From the sequence record NC_041973.1: a DNA stretch of 64,000 nucleotides, one strand, 5' to 3'. The translations under genes and the position numbers were made by a program. Each line of letters opens with the position of its first letter. Position 1 is the first letter of the stretch. Of the stretch, positions 38,347-47,531 are shown one piece after another. The notes beneath the pieces were generated by a model. It did no database searches, was not told where the DNA came from, and was given only the letters and a program-made list of their open reading frames with translations.

Positions 38347-38844
38347 ATGGACATTCAACAGTACCAACCCTCTGCACAGATCCTGCATCTCGCTAATCTG
38401 TTCTGCGACTACTTCAACCAATCGCCGAATTATTATAACTTGGATTTGGGTAACCGGATCTTTGTCGAGACCAGCATCTATCCCATCACCGGGGTTGTTG
38501 ATATAACACCACAGCGGATCGAACGCCTGCAAGCGTCGCACATGACAGGTCAGCTGGCCGCTGTGGTCGATGAGCTGTTAAAACTATTTCCTAACATGCG
38601 CTATGTATCAGATGAGTGTGATGGGTTGTTGTCTTTACTGTGTAACGGACGGGCAATTGAGATGACAACTGTCAAGGGTCTCTGTCGGGGCATTGTCACC
38701 TTACGGGGTCTGGTCTGGTTAGATCGCTTTGATCACGACTACCTTAATCCTGATGCGGCGCATTATGAAGAGATGGCCAGGTTGATCAATATCCATCTGG
38801 GGATGATTAAATTCCAAGGCACCATCCTAAAAAGATTTCTTTAA
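38347..38844 (+). CDS. Hypothetical protein
   Basis: ORF with RBS AAGGT. Confidence 0.6.
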   Translation: MDIQQYQPSAQILHLANLFCDYFNQSPNYYNLDLGNRIFVETSIYPITGVVDITPQRIERLQASHMTGQLAAVVDELLKLFPNMRYVSDECDGLLSLLCNGRAIEMTTVKGLCRGIVTLRGLVWLDRFDHDYLNPDAAHYEEMARLINIHLGMIKFQGTILKRFL

Positions 38845-38870
38845 CACAAGTATACGTAGCGAGGTCATGA

Positions 38871-39455
38871 ATGAACTACATCTACCGGGCAAACGGCCAT
38901 TTATTTGTGTTGCTCTACCACATTCCAGTTCTTGATGTCGATCCAAATAAAATGACCCATTGGGAACGGGTATTGCATTACCGTCCCTTAACGATTGCCC
39001 TCGGGGCTGAAGAAACAGCGGCGGTCGCATTCATGCCCGTTCATCTCGAACTGAGTGGCTGGTCAATGACAACCGATGAAGGTGAGTTCTACGACGGCAT
39101 CTATGTGATCTGGGAGGGTAAACTCTATCTAACACAGAACGATGAAATGTGTTTGATAGAAGAAATCCCTGCCCTGTTTCACAACCTGATGCCAAGTGCT
39201 TATCATCAGCAAATGGTGCGTTACACTCAACCGTTTGAGTTCATCAACGGGCTCGACCATCGTAAGTTACGCTCGCTAAAAGCGACAGCCGAAACCGCCA
39301 ACAGTTTCCTGCGTATGATGGATCGGTTTGAACAAGCGGTTGAGTGCCATTACATCAATGAACGCACCAACCTCATGGCGTCCACCGAGATGCCCTTGAG
39401 CTTTATTCCGCGCCAACGTGGCGCTGCTATTAACGAACCTATCGTCTTACATTAA
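38871..39455 (+). CDS. Hypothetical protein
   Basis: ORF with RBS GAGG. Confidence 0.6.
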   Translation: MNYIYRANGHLFVLLYHIPVLDVDPNKMTHWERVLHYRPLTIALGAEETAAVAFMPVHLELSGWSMTTDEGEFYDGIYVIWEGKLYLTQNDEMCLIEEIPALFHNLMPSAYHQQMVRYTQPFEFINGLDHRKLRSLKATAETANSFLRMMDRFEQAVECHYINERTNLMASTEMPLSFIPRQRGAAINEPIVLH

Positions 39456-39466
39456 CGGAGCCAGTC

Positions 39467-39919
39467 ATGTCAGAACAAAAACCCCTTATCCCGTTTCTCC
39501 ACTTCCAGATCGATGCATTCCGTAATTACCTGGTCGCTAATGATCTGACCCCGTACGCCGTCTTTACCTTACCTAAAGGTCTGGACCCGGTACTGGATCG
39601 CTACGCCGATCCTGCCAGTGGTCAGCTGATCCTTAACCTCAGCCCTAACTCCTGTGGTCACTACGAGATCACTGATGATGGTTATATGGTTCTGCATCAG
39701 CGTTTCTCGGGTAAAGCCCACGAAGCGTTCCTGCCGGTCCAACACCTGCTGGCCATGTATGCGCGTGAACGTCAAGACCAGGCCATGGTCTTTGCCGACA
39801 TCGAGCACACCTGCGATGATGATGTGAAATTTGTTGAAGATGAGACTGTACCGGAAGTGGATGACACTAACGTAACAGCCCTGCCCTTCAAGAAACCCAC
39901 ATTAACGGTAGTCAAGTAA
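39467..39919 (+). CDS. sspB: Stringent starvation protein B (ClpXP adaptor) homolog
   Basis: N.LTPY, GQLILNLSP, RFSGK, P...LLAMYARE, acidic linker, C-terminal KPTLTVVK (E. coli RPALRVVK). Confidence 0.92.
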   Translation: MSEQKPLIPFLHFQIDAFRNYLVANDLTPYAVFTLPKGLDPVLDRYADPASGQLILNLSPNSCGHYEITDDGYMVLHQRFSGKAHEAFLPVQHLLAMYARERQDQAMVFADIEHTCDDDVKFVEDETVPEVDDTNVTALPFKKPTLTVVK

Positions 39920-39981
39920 ATTCTATGACTGCGGTTGCGTTCGGTGAGCTTGCCTTTGTACGGTATTGAAGTTCAGCAGTC

Positions 39982-39999
39982 GGGTGGCATTTGCCACCC
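39982..39999 (+). terminator. Hairpin gggtggc-attt-gccaccc after sspB
   Basis: Perfect 7 bp GC-rich stem followed by a T-rich tract. Confidence 0.6.
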
Positions 40000-40044
40000 T
40001 TCTATACACAGCTTCTTTATTTTTTGTCGAAAAATAATCAGACC

Positions 40045-40052
40045 TACATTAC
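40045..40052 (+). promoter_or_regulatory. Candidate early promoter TACATTAC (CAGACC context)
   Basis: Identical to 32745; the CAGACC flank is shared with 57512; upstream is AT-rich. Confidence 0.55.
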
Positions 40053-40105
40053 GTATAGGCTACAGCTAGTCTGTTGTAATTCGCATCACTAAGGCTAGGT
40101 TTACT

Positions 40106-40402
40106 ATGTCACTCATTTGCGTTGATCATCTTGTGGCGGCTTGCGCTACATTTGTTCTGCTGTTGGTGCTGGAGCGCATCATTCACAGAGACGAACCCGA
40201 CCACACCCTGATTGAACTGCTTCTTACCGCCTTCGGCATTTCAATCAGCATTCCCATCACTGTCGGTATGATTATGCTGACTTACGTGATTCTGTTGATC
40301 CGTAAGCAACCCAACGCCTTAACCAGGGCGAGCTATTTCCCGGTGGAGATCCTGCGTCTTATTACCCGCAATCGCTTCAGGCGAAAACCCTCTATTCTCT
40401 AA
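40106..40402 (+). CDS. Small two-TM membrane protein
   Basis: Two hydrophobic helices and a basic C-tail. Confidence 0.55.
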   Translation: MSLICVDHLVAACATFVLLLVLERIIHRDEPDHTLIELLLTAFGISISIPITVGMIMLTYVILLIRKQPNALTRASYFPVEILRLITRNRFRRKPSIL

Positions 40403-40412
40403 CTTACTTCTG

Positions 40413-40441
40413 GGGTGAGTGAAAACTCACCCTTTATGCCG
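40413..40441 (+). terminator. Hairpin + TTATGCCG element
   Basis: gggtgagt-gaaa-actcaccc-tttatgccg. Confidence 0.75.
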
Positions 40442-40503
40442 GCGTGTTTAAAACAACTAAACTGCGCCATTATTTAGACACCGTTAATTAAAGGAATACT
40501 GTT

Positions 40504-41055
40504 ATGTCTGTTGTCGACAAATTCAAGAACTGGAAAGCGAACAAGCGCATCGCGTTGCTCGAAGAACTGCTGGAGGTTCACTACTCAATCGGCGATGTGG
40601 TGAGTTACCCAGATCCACCGGCGTTCGAAGTCTGCTGGCATGACACACCGGACTCGATTCACCGGGCACGCTGGACAGGTGTGGCTGAAGCCACCGGCAT
40701 GACGTATGACGATTTCTTCAAAGCCACGCGCGTAGGTCAGCTGCACGATACCTCAAACGTTGAAATCACCGGTGAACAAGAAGTCACGGATATGCAAACC
40801 CAGGGTTGCTATGCCTTCTGTAACTGGCTGACGAATGAGATCCACATCTGGCTGGGTGATCTGCCGTATGATGACCCGCGCACGGAAGAGATCCTGCACA
40901 CCATGATCGCCAGTGAGATCGCGCACCTCACCCCCAACCGCCATCGTAATGAACAGCTGGAAATGTACCGGGCGATGCAGTATGCCGTGGTAGCGCGTTC
41001 TGCCAAAGCGGTATTGGTTGATGCACTGGGCCTGCTGAAAGGAAAACAGGTATGA
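40504..41055 (+). CDS. Hypothetical protein
   Basis: RBS AAGGA; contains SEIAH, an HExxH-like motif lacking the first His. Confidence 0.6.
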   Translation: MSVVDKFKNWKANKRIALLEELLEVHYSIGDVVSYPDPPAFEVCWHDTPDSIHRARWTGVAEATGMTYDDFFKATRVGQLHDTSNVEITGEQEVTDMQTQGCYAFCNWLTNEIHIWLGDLPYDDPRTEEILHTMIASEIAHLTPNRHRNEQLEMYRAMQYAVVARSAKAVLVDALGLLKGKQV

Positions 41056-41369
41056 AGAAGGAGCTCTTCACGGTTGTTACCATTGCAGGCGAAGTTAAAA
41101 CCCCGATCACGGTGTTTGTTCCGGAGCACGACTACGACATCAATCAACGGGTAGATCTGGTGGCTGCGTGTTATGACCGTCGCCACAAACAAACACCCAT
41201 CAGCAAAGAACACAAAGCATTGGTTACTGACTTACTGGCGCAGATGCGCGAGAAGCTTAACACCGCGATTACACTCGGGGAAGATGTTGTGCTGGTCTCA
41301 GGCGATGTCTCATTGAAGTACCGGGTTTACCTCAGTACTTTTAAAGGGACGACCTATGTTGAGACATGA
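41052..41369 (+). CDS. Hypothetical protein (tandem paralog A)
   Basis: KELFTVVTIAG..PI / GDVSLKYRV resembles the next ORF. Confidence 0.6.
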   Translation: MKKELFTVVTIAGEVKTPITVFVPEHDYDINQRVDLVAACYDRRHKQTPISKEHKALVTDLLAQMREKLNTAITLGEDVVLVSGDVSLKYRVYLSTFKGTTYVET

Positions 41370-41670
41370 GTTGATTACTTCAGTAGCAGTCAACGGCAAG
41401 GAGTATTCGCCGATTGTCTGCCCACTGGCTAAAGGACCGGATTACAGCCGGGCGTTTGGTGCGTTGCATAAAGCGTATCGGGATGCTGCGACTTACGGCA
41501 GTCAGATCATCACGGAGCCGTATGTCAAAACCATTTGCGGGTTGATCGATCAAATCCAAACTGATCTGGCTGCAGGTGTCGATTTCACCGAGACCCGTAA
41601 AGTCAGTGACGGTGAAGTGGCAATCAGTTATCACATCACTGTTCGTACGCTCCCGCGCCACGGCAGTTAA
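41356..41670 (+). CDS. Hypothetical protein (tandem paralog B)
   Basis: HELITSVAVNG..PI / GEVAISYHI. Confidence 0.6.
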   Translation: MLRHELITSVAVNGKEYSPIVCPLAKGPDYSRAFGALHKAYRDAATYGSQIITEPYVKTICGLIDQIQTDLAAGVDFTETRKVSDGEVAISYHITVRTLPRHGS

Positions 41671-41736
41671 TGACCTCACCCAATCAGTGCAGCCGCTGGT
41701 TGGGTTTTCTTACGCTTCATTATAAAGGAAGACATC

Positions 41737-42366
41737 ATGGGTTGGTTTAATAAACAGAAAGCTACACCGGTAGCTGAAGACACTCCCACGACAGACAAGC
41801 AAGACAGTGCCGACTACCCGTGGGGTGCAACGTATCGCCAACGGCTAATGACACATGCTCGTTCACTATTGACCGTTGATGAACAACAACCCCTGCGTTC
41901 TGGCGAAGCCGGTAAGTTGATCGTTTTTAACGGCGTGGGTTTCTTGATTCGGGGTGAATCGGCCAACATTCCTGATTTGGCTTACATGCACTATCTGGAA
42001 GAAATGTGGAACTGGTTGTTGCGCTGTAATGGAATCGAGCAAAAGCACGGGGGTGTCGTGCCTCGGGCTGAGGTGATTCGCCGTTACGATATCGGCGGGG
42101 TAGCTGAAGGGTGTGGCTATACCGTTGGGTCGCTGGAACCAATCGTACCGGCCTATACTGCCAGTAGCCTGCGTCACCGTAATGCTGCAGACGGTCTGCA
42201 TTTACTCAAAACCCTGCAGGACGTGATTCCGGTCACGGACATGCTGATGATTAGTGAACATGAGAAAGAGCTGATCCGCAATATAGAGAACTTGGGGATG
42301 AAACTGGTTTCAACACCACTCAGTCACGCCGGTCAGATATTTAGCCGAATCCGCTTTAAGGACTGA
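41737..42366 (+). CDS. Hypothetical protein
   Basis: RBS AAGGA. Confidence 0.6.
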   Translation: MGWFNKQKATPVAEDTPTTDKQDSADYPWGATYRQRLMTHARSLLTVDEQQPLRSGEAGKLIVFNGVGFLIRGESANIPDLAYMHYLEEMWNWLLRCNGIEQKHGGVVPRAEVIRRYDIGGVAEGCGYTVGSLEPIVPAYTASSLRHRNAADGLHLLKTLQDVIPVTDMLMISEHEKELIRNIENLGMKLVSTPLSHAGQIFSRIRFKD

Positions 42367-42371
42367 CACCG

Positions 42372-43481
42372 ATGATCTATCTGGTCTGGATTCTGATCCC
42401 CTCCTTACTACTGGTACTGCTATCCAAAGCCGTGTTCCCGCATCACATCACCTTTAAAGAGTGGTCGCTGCAGGGCGTGGCAGTTGTAGTGGGGACGGCG
42501 TTGTCTGTCTTGATACTCTATATCACTACAACGGGGATGAGTATCGATCATGAAGTCTGGAATGGCTCTGTGATCTCCAAAGCGCCGGTGCGGGTCTCCT
42601 GTACGCACGAACACCAATGTGGCGAGACGTGCTCTACCGACAGCAAGGGTAAGAAACACTGCACGCCGATCTATTGTCCGGATCATGCCTTTGATGTTGA
42701 TTGGGATGTCAAGACAACGGTCGGAATGTTTACCATTGATCGCGTAGCGTTTGATCGTCAGGGATTACGGGAACCTAAACGCTTCACTGCAGTGCAGATT
42801 GGCGAACCGGCCGCAGCGGAGAAGTACACCCGCAATTACCTGTTGCTGGACAGTGATCGCTTCAAGGCTTCAGAAGGGGTGATGGAGAAGTACAAAGGAC
42901 GGATACCGGATTATCCCTCCACGTATGACTATTACCGTTTTAACCGGGTAGTCAACACCACCAAGGATGATTTCAATTACATCAACGATTACCTGAATAA
43001 GGAACTGATTACACTCGGCGCACAAAAACAACTCAACATTGTCGTGGTAATAACCGACAAGAGTAAAGACTTCTATGAAGCCCTCCGTGAATCCTGGGAC
43101 GGTGCCCGTAAGAACGATGTGATACTCGTCTACGGCATTGACAAGGAACATCATGTGAACTGGTTTAAAGCCGATGCGTTTGCAGACGGGCAGTCAAATA
43201 TGTCGATGATCAAAACACTGAACTCGACAGCCCTTGACCGCACCCTTGATGCTGACCTCGTGCATGAACAACTTCACGTGATCCAGGAGCGTTTTACTAG
43301 ACTGCCTAATAAAACCTTCGAATACCTCAATGAAGATTTCACCCCACCGATGTGGGCAATCATCATGACGGTGCTCATTAACCTGCTACTCAATATTGGC
43401 GTGACCTGGTTCATGGTAAAAAATGAAATGGGTGAATACGCATTCATGAATGATAAAGGAAGAAGAAATGCAAGATGGTAA
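42372..43481 (+). CDS. Multi-pass membrane protein with a Cys-rich periplasmic segment and a TPM-like domain
   Basis: Two N-terminal TMs, CTHEHQC..C...C...YC, NIVVVIT...KNDVILVYG, C-terminal TM; overlaps the LemA-like gene. Confidence 0.6.
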   Translation: MIYLVWILIPSLLLVLLSKAVFPHHITFKEWSLQGVAVVVGTALSVLILYITTTGMSIDHEVWNGSVISKAPVRVSCTHEHQCGETCSTDSKGKKHCTPIYCPDHAFDVDWDVKTTVGMFTIDRVAFDRQGLREPKRFTAVQIGEPAAAEKYTRNYLLLDSDRFKASEGVMEKYKGRIPDYPSTYDYYRFNRVVNTTKDDFNYINDYLNKELITLGAQKQLNIVVVITDKSKDFYEALRESWDGARKNDVILVYGIDKEHHVNWFKADAFADGQSNMSMIKTLNSTALDRTLDADLVHEQLHVIQERFTRLPNKTFEYLNEDFTPPMWAIIMTVLINLLLNIGVTWFMVKNEMGEYAFMNDKGRRNARW

Positions 43482-44061
43482 CAAGAAAGGGTTGTCTACT
43501 GGCGCTATTGTGGGCGTCGTCGTTGCTGGTTTCCTGGTACTGGTCGTGGCCATAGCGGGCAGTCTGTTCATGGGTTATGTCTCTGCCTCTAATGGCGGCG
43601 TGCAAGCTGAGTCACGTATTGAACAGCTGAACAAAGACTCCGAGAACGTGCTGTCGACCTCAACGATCAAGATCAAGAACATGGCTCAGATTCCGGGCAT
43701 GTATGTGAAAGATCTTAAAGAGGTGATCCGTGCGACCTTTGAAGGCCGTTATGGTAAAGACGGATCGAAAGCCGTGGTGCAGTTTATTCAGGAACAAAAC
43801 CAGCAGGTCGATTCCAAACTGTACCTGAACATTCAAAATGAGATGGCGGCTGGTCAGGATGAGTTTCGTATTGCGCAGAGCAACAAGCTTGCAGCATGTC
43901 GTAATTATGAAAACAGCCTGGGTTATTTCTGGAAAGGTATGTTCTTGAAGTGGGCGGGCTATCCGAAGAAAGACCTGAGCAAACTCTGCCAGGTGGTATC
44001 GGATGATCAGACACAGGAAGCGTTTAAGACCGGCAAGCAAAAGACCATCGAGCTGAACTAA
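43468..44061 (+). CDS. LemA-like single-pass membrane protein
   Basis: N-terminal TM, then a helical bundle ending R.YENSLG.FW...F..WAGYP. Confidence 0.55.
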   Translation: MQDGNKKGLSTGAIVGVVVAGFLVLVVAIAGSLFMGYVSASNGGVQAESRIEQLNKDSENVLSTSTIKIKNMAQIPGMYVKDLKEVIRATFEGRYGKDGSKAVVQFIQEQNQQVDSKLYLNIQNEMAAGQDEFRIAQSNKLAACRNYENSLGYFWKGMFLKWAGYPKKDLSKLCQVVSDDQTQEAFKTGKQKTIELN

Positions 44062-44089
44062 CTCACCATCGGACAGGGATGTTCTTTTA

Positions 44090-44446
44090 ATGGAGGTCGT
44101 CATGCCTTTTATTCGATTCAAAGCAAAAGAGATTAAACATACTGCGGACGCCGTAACAAGTCTGAAGCGGTTCTTTGGTCTGATTGATAAAAATATCGAT
44201 GCGGTCAAGATCGTTGCAGCGTTTCAAACCGTAGATACCCACAACGAACCCCTGCTGGAAAACTCGTTGTTGATTATCACACGGATGCCAGACGGGACGA
44301 AACGTTTCACCAGTATCTGGAACGCGAAGTTTAAAGAAGAACTTGCTGCATTTAAACCTGAACTCGTTGGTGAAGTCCGATCGTTCAGACTCGATAATCA
44401 GTTGTATATGGACGGCAATGAGGATAACCCACTTAAAAGGTTTTAG
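44090..44446 (+). CDS. Hypothetical protein
   Basis: ORF between the LemA-like gene and rtcB; the true start may be 44102 behind GGAGG. Confidence 0.55.
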   Translation: MEVVMPFIRFKAKEIKHTADAVTSLKRFFGLIDKNIDAVKIVAAFQTVDTHNEPLLENSLLIITRMPDGTKRFTSIWNAKFKEELAAFKPELVGEVRSFRLDNQLYMDGNEDNPLKRF

Positions 44447-44487
44447 TTACCCCAGTTAACCGTGCCGTTTTTATAAAGGTCGTTATC

Positions 44488-45726
44488 ATGTCAAACATTA
44501 TTGAATTAGAAGGCAAGCAGGTTCCCATCAAGATGTGGACGAAGTTTGTTCCAGTGGAAGAACGTGCCCAACAGCAATTACTAAACTTGAGTGAGTTACC
44601 TTTCATCTTCAAACATCTCGCCGTGATGCCTGATGTACACTGGGGAATGGGCGCGACCATTGGTTCGGTTATTGCGACTAAAGGTGCGATTATTCCTGCT
44701 GCAGTGGGTGTTGATATTGGTTGTGGGATGATTGCCCAACAAACCTCGCTGGTTGCTGCTGACCTGCCAGATAACCTCGGTGCTTTGCGCAGTCGTATTG
44801 AAGCAGGCATCCCGCATGGACGTACCGATAACGGCGGTGCAAACGATCGCGGTGCCTGGGGTGATGAGTTCGCCATGGGCTTAGACGATGTGCACCGTGA
44901 AGCATTGCTGGTTCTTCAGCAACGTTTAGTGGCTATTGTGGCTAAGCACCCGAAGCTCACCAAAGCAGCAGGTAAGTTCACCAAACATACTGGCACACTG
45001 GGTAGTGGTAACCACTTCGTTGAAATCTGTTTAGACGAAGAGCAACGCGTTTGGGTAATGCTGCATTCAGGTTCACGTGGTATCGGTAACACCATCGGTA
45101 AATACTTCATCGAGAAAGCCAAAGAAGAGATGAACCGTTTCTTCGTCCATTTAGTTGACCAAGATCTGGCGTATCTCCCAGAAGGCTCTCAGTATTACGA
45201 TGACTACTTGCAAGCGGTGCAATGGGCACAAGACTTTGCAGCGCTCAATCGTGCGGTGATGCTGAGTGCGACACTGAAGGCATTGCACAGTACCGTGGCT
45301 AAGCCATTCACTGAAAGCACTATTGCGGTTAACTGTCACCACAACTATGTCGCAATGGAAAACCATTTTGATACCAATGTCCTGGTCACCCGTAAAGGTG
45401 CAGTGCGGGCGCGTGTAGGTGATCTGGCGATTATCCCGGGTAGTATGGGCGCGAAGTCGTTTATTGTCGAAGGGTTGGGTAACCAGGAAAGCTTCTGTTC
45501 GTGTTCGCATGGTGCTGGTCGTTTACTGTCGCGCTCAGCAGCAGTGAAACAATTCAGTCTGGAAGACCATATCCGTGATACCGAGGGTGTGGAATGCCGT
45601 AAAGATAAAGACGTCCTTGATGAAACACCGAAGGCGTATAAGTCGATTGAAGACGTGATGCGTTCACAAGACGATTTGGTGAAAATCAAATATACCCTGA
45701 AACAGATCCTTTGTGTAAAAGGTTAA
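44488..45726 (+). CDS. rtcB: RtcB RNA 3'-phosphate/5'-OH ligase
   Basis: All catalytic motifs present: MPDVH, VGVDIGCG, LGSGNHF, HSGSRG, CHHN, IPGSMG, SCSHGAGR. Confidence 0.97.
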   Translation: MSNIIELEGKQVPIKMWTKFVPVEERAQQQLLNLSELPFIFKHLAVMPDVHWGMGATIGSVIATKGAIIPAAVGVDIGCGMIAQQTSLVAADLPDNLGALRSRIEAGIPHGRTDNGGANDRGAWGDEFAMGLDDVHREALLVLQQRLVAIVAKHPKLTKAAGKFTKHTGTLGSGNHFVEICLDEEQRVWVMLHSGSRGIGNTIGKYFIEKAKEEMNRFFVHLVDQDLAYLPEGSQYYDDYLQAVQWAQDFAALNRAVMLSATLKALHSTVAKPFTESTIAVNCHHNYVAMENHFDTNVLVTRKGAVRARVGDLAIIPGSMGAKSFIVEGLGNQESFCSCSHGAGRLLSRSAAVKQFSLEDHIRDTEGVECRKDKDVLDETPKAYKSIEDVMRSQDDLVKIKYTLKQILCVKG

Positions 45727-45728
45727 TT

Positions 45729-46049
45729 ATGAACAAGAAAAAGCAAGTTACGATCTTTGTGGCAGGTGATGTCAATTCAGCTAAGACCACGGTCATTGCC
45801 ATTATTGAAAAGGCGCTGAAAGAAGCGGGTCTGGACACCACACTGCTTGCGCATGCAGCGGCGGATGCGGAATATTTCGTCGGTGAGAAATTAACACCAG
45901 AGCATATCTCTGCGATCAATGAGAAGGTTGAGATTTCCATTGAAGAACTCACCCGCCCAGCACCGACCAATGATGATGGCTCGCGCCCTGAGAGTTATGT
46001 GGCGATCGTACATAGCGCCGGTATTAAGATCCTTCCCCGTAACAGCTAA
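45729..46049 (+). CDS. Small degenerate P-loop protein (paralog of 36535)
   Basis: IFVAGDVNSAKTTVIAIIEKALKEAG vs VKVVGPIQAGKTAIASLLDNALRANG. Confidence 0.6.
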   Translation: MNKKKQVTIFVAGDVNSAKTTVIAIIEKALKEAGLDTTLLAHAAADAEYFVGEKLTPEHISAINEKVEISIEELTRPAPTNDDGSRPESYVAIVHSAGIKILPRNS

Positions 46050-46054
46050 CTCCT

Positions 46055-46083
46055 AAGAGGACTTCGGTCCTCTTTTATGCCCG
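46055..46083 (+). terminator. Hairpin + TTATGCC element
   Basis: aagaggac-ttcg-gtcctctt-ttatgcccg. Confidence 0.75.
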
Positions 46084-46127
46084 GTTTAATTGTATATAGA
46101 CACAGTACACATCAACCGAGGGCCATC

Positions 46128-47066
46128 ATGTTAGAGTTGCTGATGTTAGGACACACCACCCAAAGCGCGGGGGGTAAGCAGGAAGACATCAAGACTGACG
46201 TCTCGGGACTCATTGCAAAATATAGCAATGCAGGATCTATCAGCGCCTTAAATATCACCGTTGGCGCCAGCGCCGGACTTGCGGTATATGACAACCAATT
46301 AATCCTCATTAATCCGGGTTCGATGAGCTATTATGACATCAACACCTTTGCATTAAAGAAGAGCACAACCAACAACGTCAGTATCAGCGTTAGCTATAAT
46401 AGTGTCGCACACCAGTCAGGCAAACATTGGTGGTTTGGTCAGGATCGTGCTACCGCAGTAATTTACCATGCGGATTTAGAAACTGGGGTCATTACCAAAT
46501 ACCCTACGCCGCCGGTTAAGAAAGGTATGTTCTTTGCTTATAACGGCAGGCTCTGGTTATTAGGTGGTTGGGTAGGTACCACCAGTAATACCACGACCAT
46601 CTACAGCATCGACTACAACAATCCCGTGAGCTGGAGTAGTCAGCCTTTAAACACCCCATTACCTCGTCAGTTAGCGGGTGCATCAGCCTATTTCACCACA
46701 AATGGTTTAGTGGCGTTTGTCGGTGGCGGGGCGGTAGGTAGTTCCGGAGAGACTGATGGTACAGGTTATACCAGCGTCATGCTCTTCAATCCCGATACGT
46801 TAACCTTCACAGGCAAGACGATCTCCACACCAATGGGTGGCGGATACCACAACCCGAACTTTGTCTTCAATGATACCGCGTACCAATTTAAATACACCAA
46901 CACCGGACAGCGTTGGTCGTTAGGCGATGTCAGTCGGGAATCTAGCCTCAGTCCCGCACCGATAATTGGCGGTTACCATAACGCATTCACCATTGCAGGT
47001 CGCGTTGCTTTCTACGGGAACAGTTACTCTACCAGTCCTGTTTATCTCTACGTTTTACCAGATTAA
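46128..47066 (+). CDS. Kelch-like beta-propeller protein
   Basis: Repeated units such as YNGRLWLLGGW and GLVAFVGGG, N-terminal MLELLM; start behind GAGGG. Confidence 0.6.
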   Translation: MLELLMLGHTTQSAGGKQEDIKTDVSGLIAKYSNAGSISALNITVGASAGLAVYDNQLILINPGSMSYYDINTFALKKSTTNNVSISVSYNSVAHQSGKHWWFGQDRATAVIYHADLETGVITKYPTPPVKKGMFFAYNGRLWLLGGWVGTTSNTTTIYSIDYNNPVSWSSQPLNTPLPRQLAGASAYFTTNGLVAFVGGGAVGSSGETDGTGYTSVMLFNPDTLTFTGKTISTPMGGGYHNPNFVFNDTAYQFKYTNTGQRWSLGDVSRESSLSPAPIIGGYHNAFTIAGRVAFYGNSYSTSPVYLYVLPD

Positions 47067-47071
47067 GAACC

Positions 47072-47101
47072 GGAGAGGCGCATAGCCTCTCTCTTATGCC
47101 G
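47072..47101 (+). terminator. Hairpin + TTATGCCG element
   Basis: ggagaggc-gcata-gcctctct-c-ttatgccg. Confidence 0.7.
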
Positions 47102-47118
47102 TCAAAAGGAAATTAACC

Positions 47119-47529
47119 ATGCGTACACTTGTTGTTGTTTTAACTGAACCGGCTGAGAACCAATCGATTGCTCTGACTATCCGCGACCCGTATCACGAGC
47201 TTACCTTTGACAAGATCGCAGGCTGGATCGAGTCGGCTACGGGCGATAGTGTATTTCGTGACAAATTCGATTTATTGTGTAACGAACACACCCTGGAAGT
47301 TTTGGTCGATGTAGTTGATGACGGTGACACACCAACGGTGCACTTCGTCTACAGCAACACCCAGTGGAAAGATTGGGTAAAGTCAGTGGCAAAAGCTTTT
47401 GTTTACAATGACCCGCATTCTCGTAACTTCTGCACGGTGAAGGCCGCAGCCGCTTTACTGACCCGTGCGAAACCAACCCTTAGTGACCAACACAGCGATC
47501 TGCGTGGCATTGCCTACGTCGAGGAGTAA
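47119..47529 (+). CDS. Hypothetical protein
   Basis: RBS AAGGA after a terminator element. Confidence 0.6.
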   Translation: MRTLVVVLTEPAENQSIALTIRDPYHELTFDKIAGWIESATGDSVFRDKFDLLCNEHTLEVLVDVVDDGDTPTVHFVYSNTQWKDWVKSVAKAFVYNDPHSRNFCTVKAAAALLTRAKPTLSDQHSDLRGIAYVEE

Positions 47530-47531
47530 TC

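Noticed and set aside
40504-41055. Zinc metallopeptidase
   Set aside because: The motif reads SEIAH and lacks the first His; not enough support for a call.
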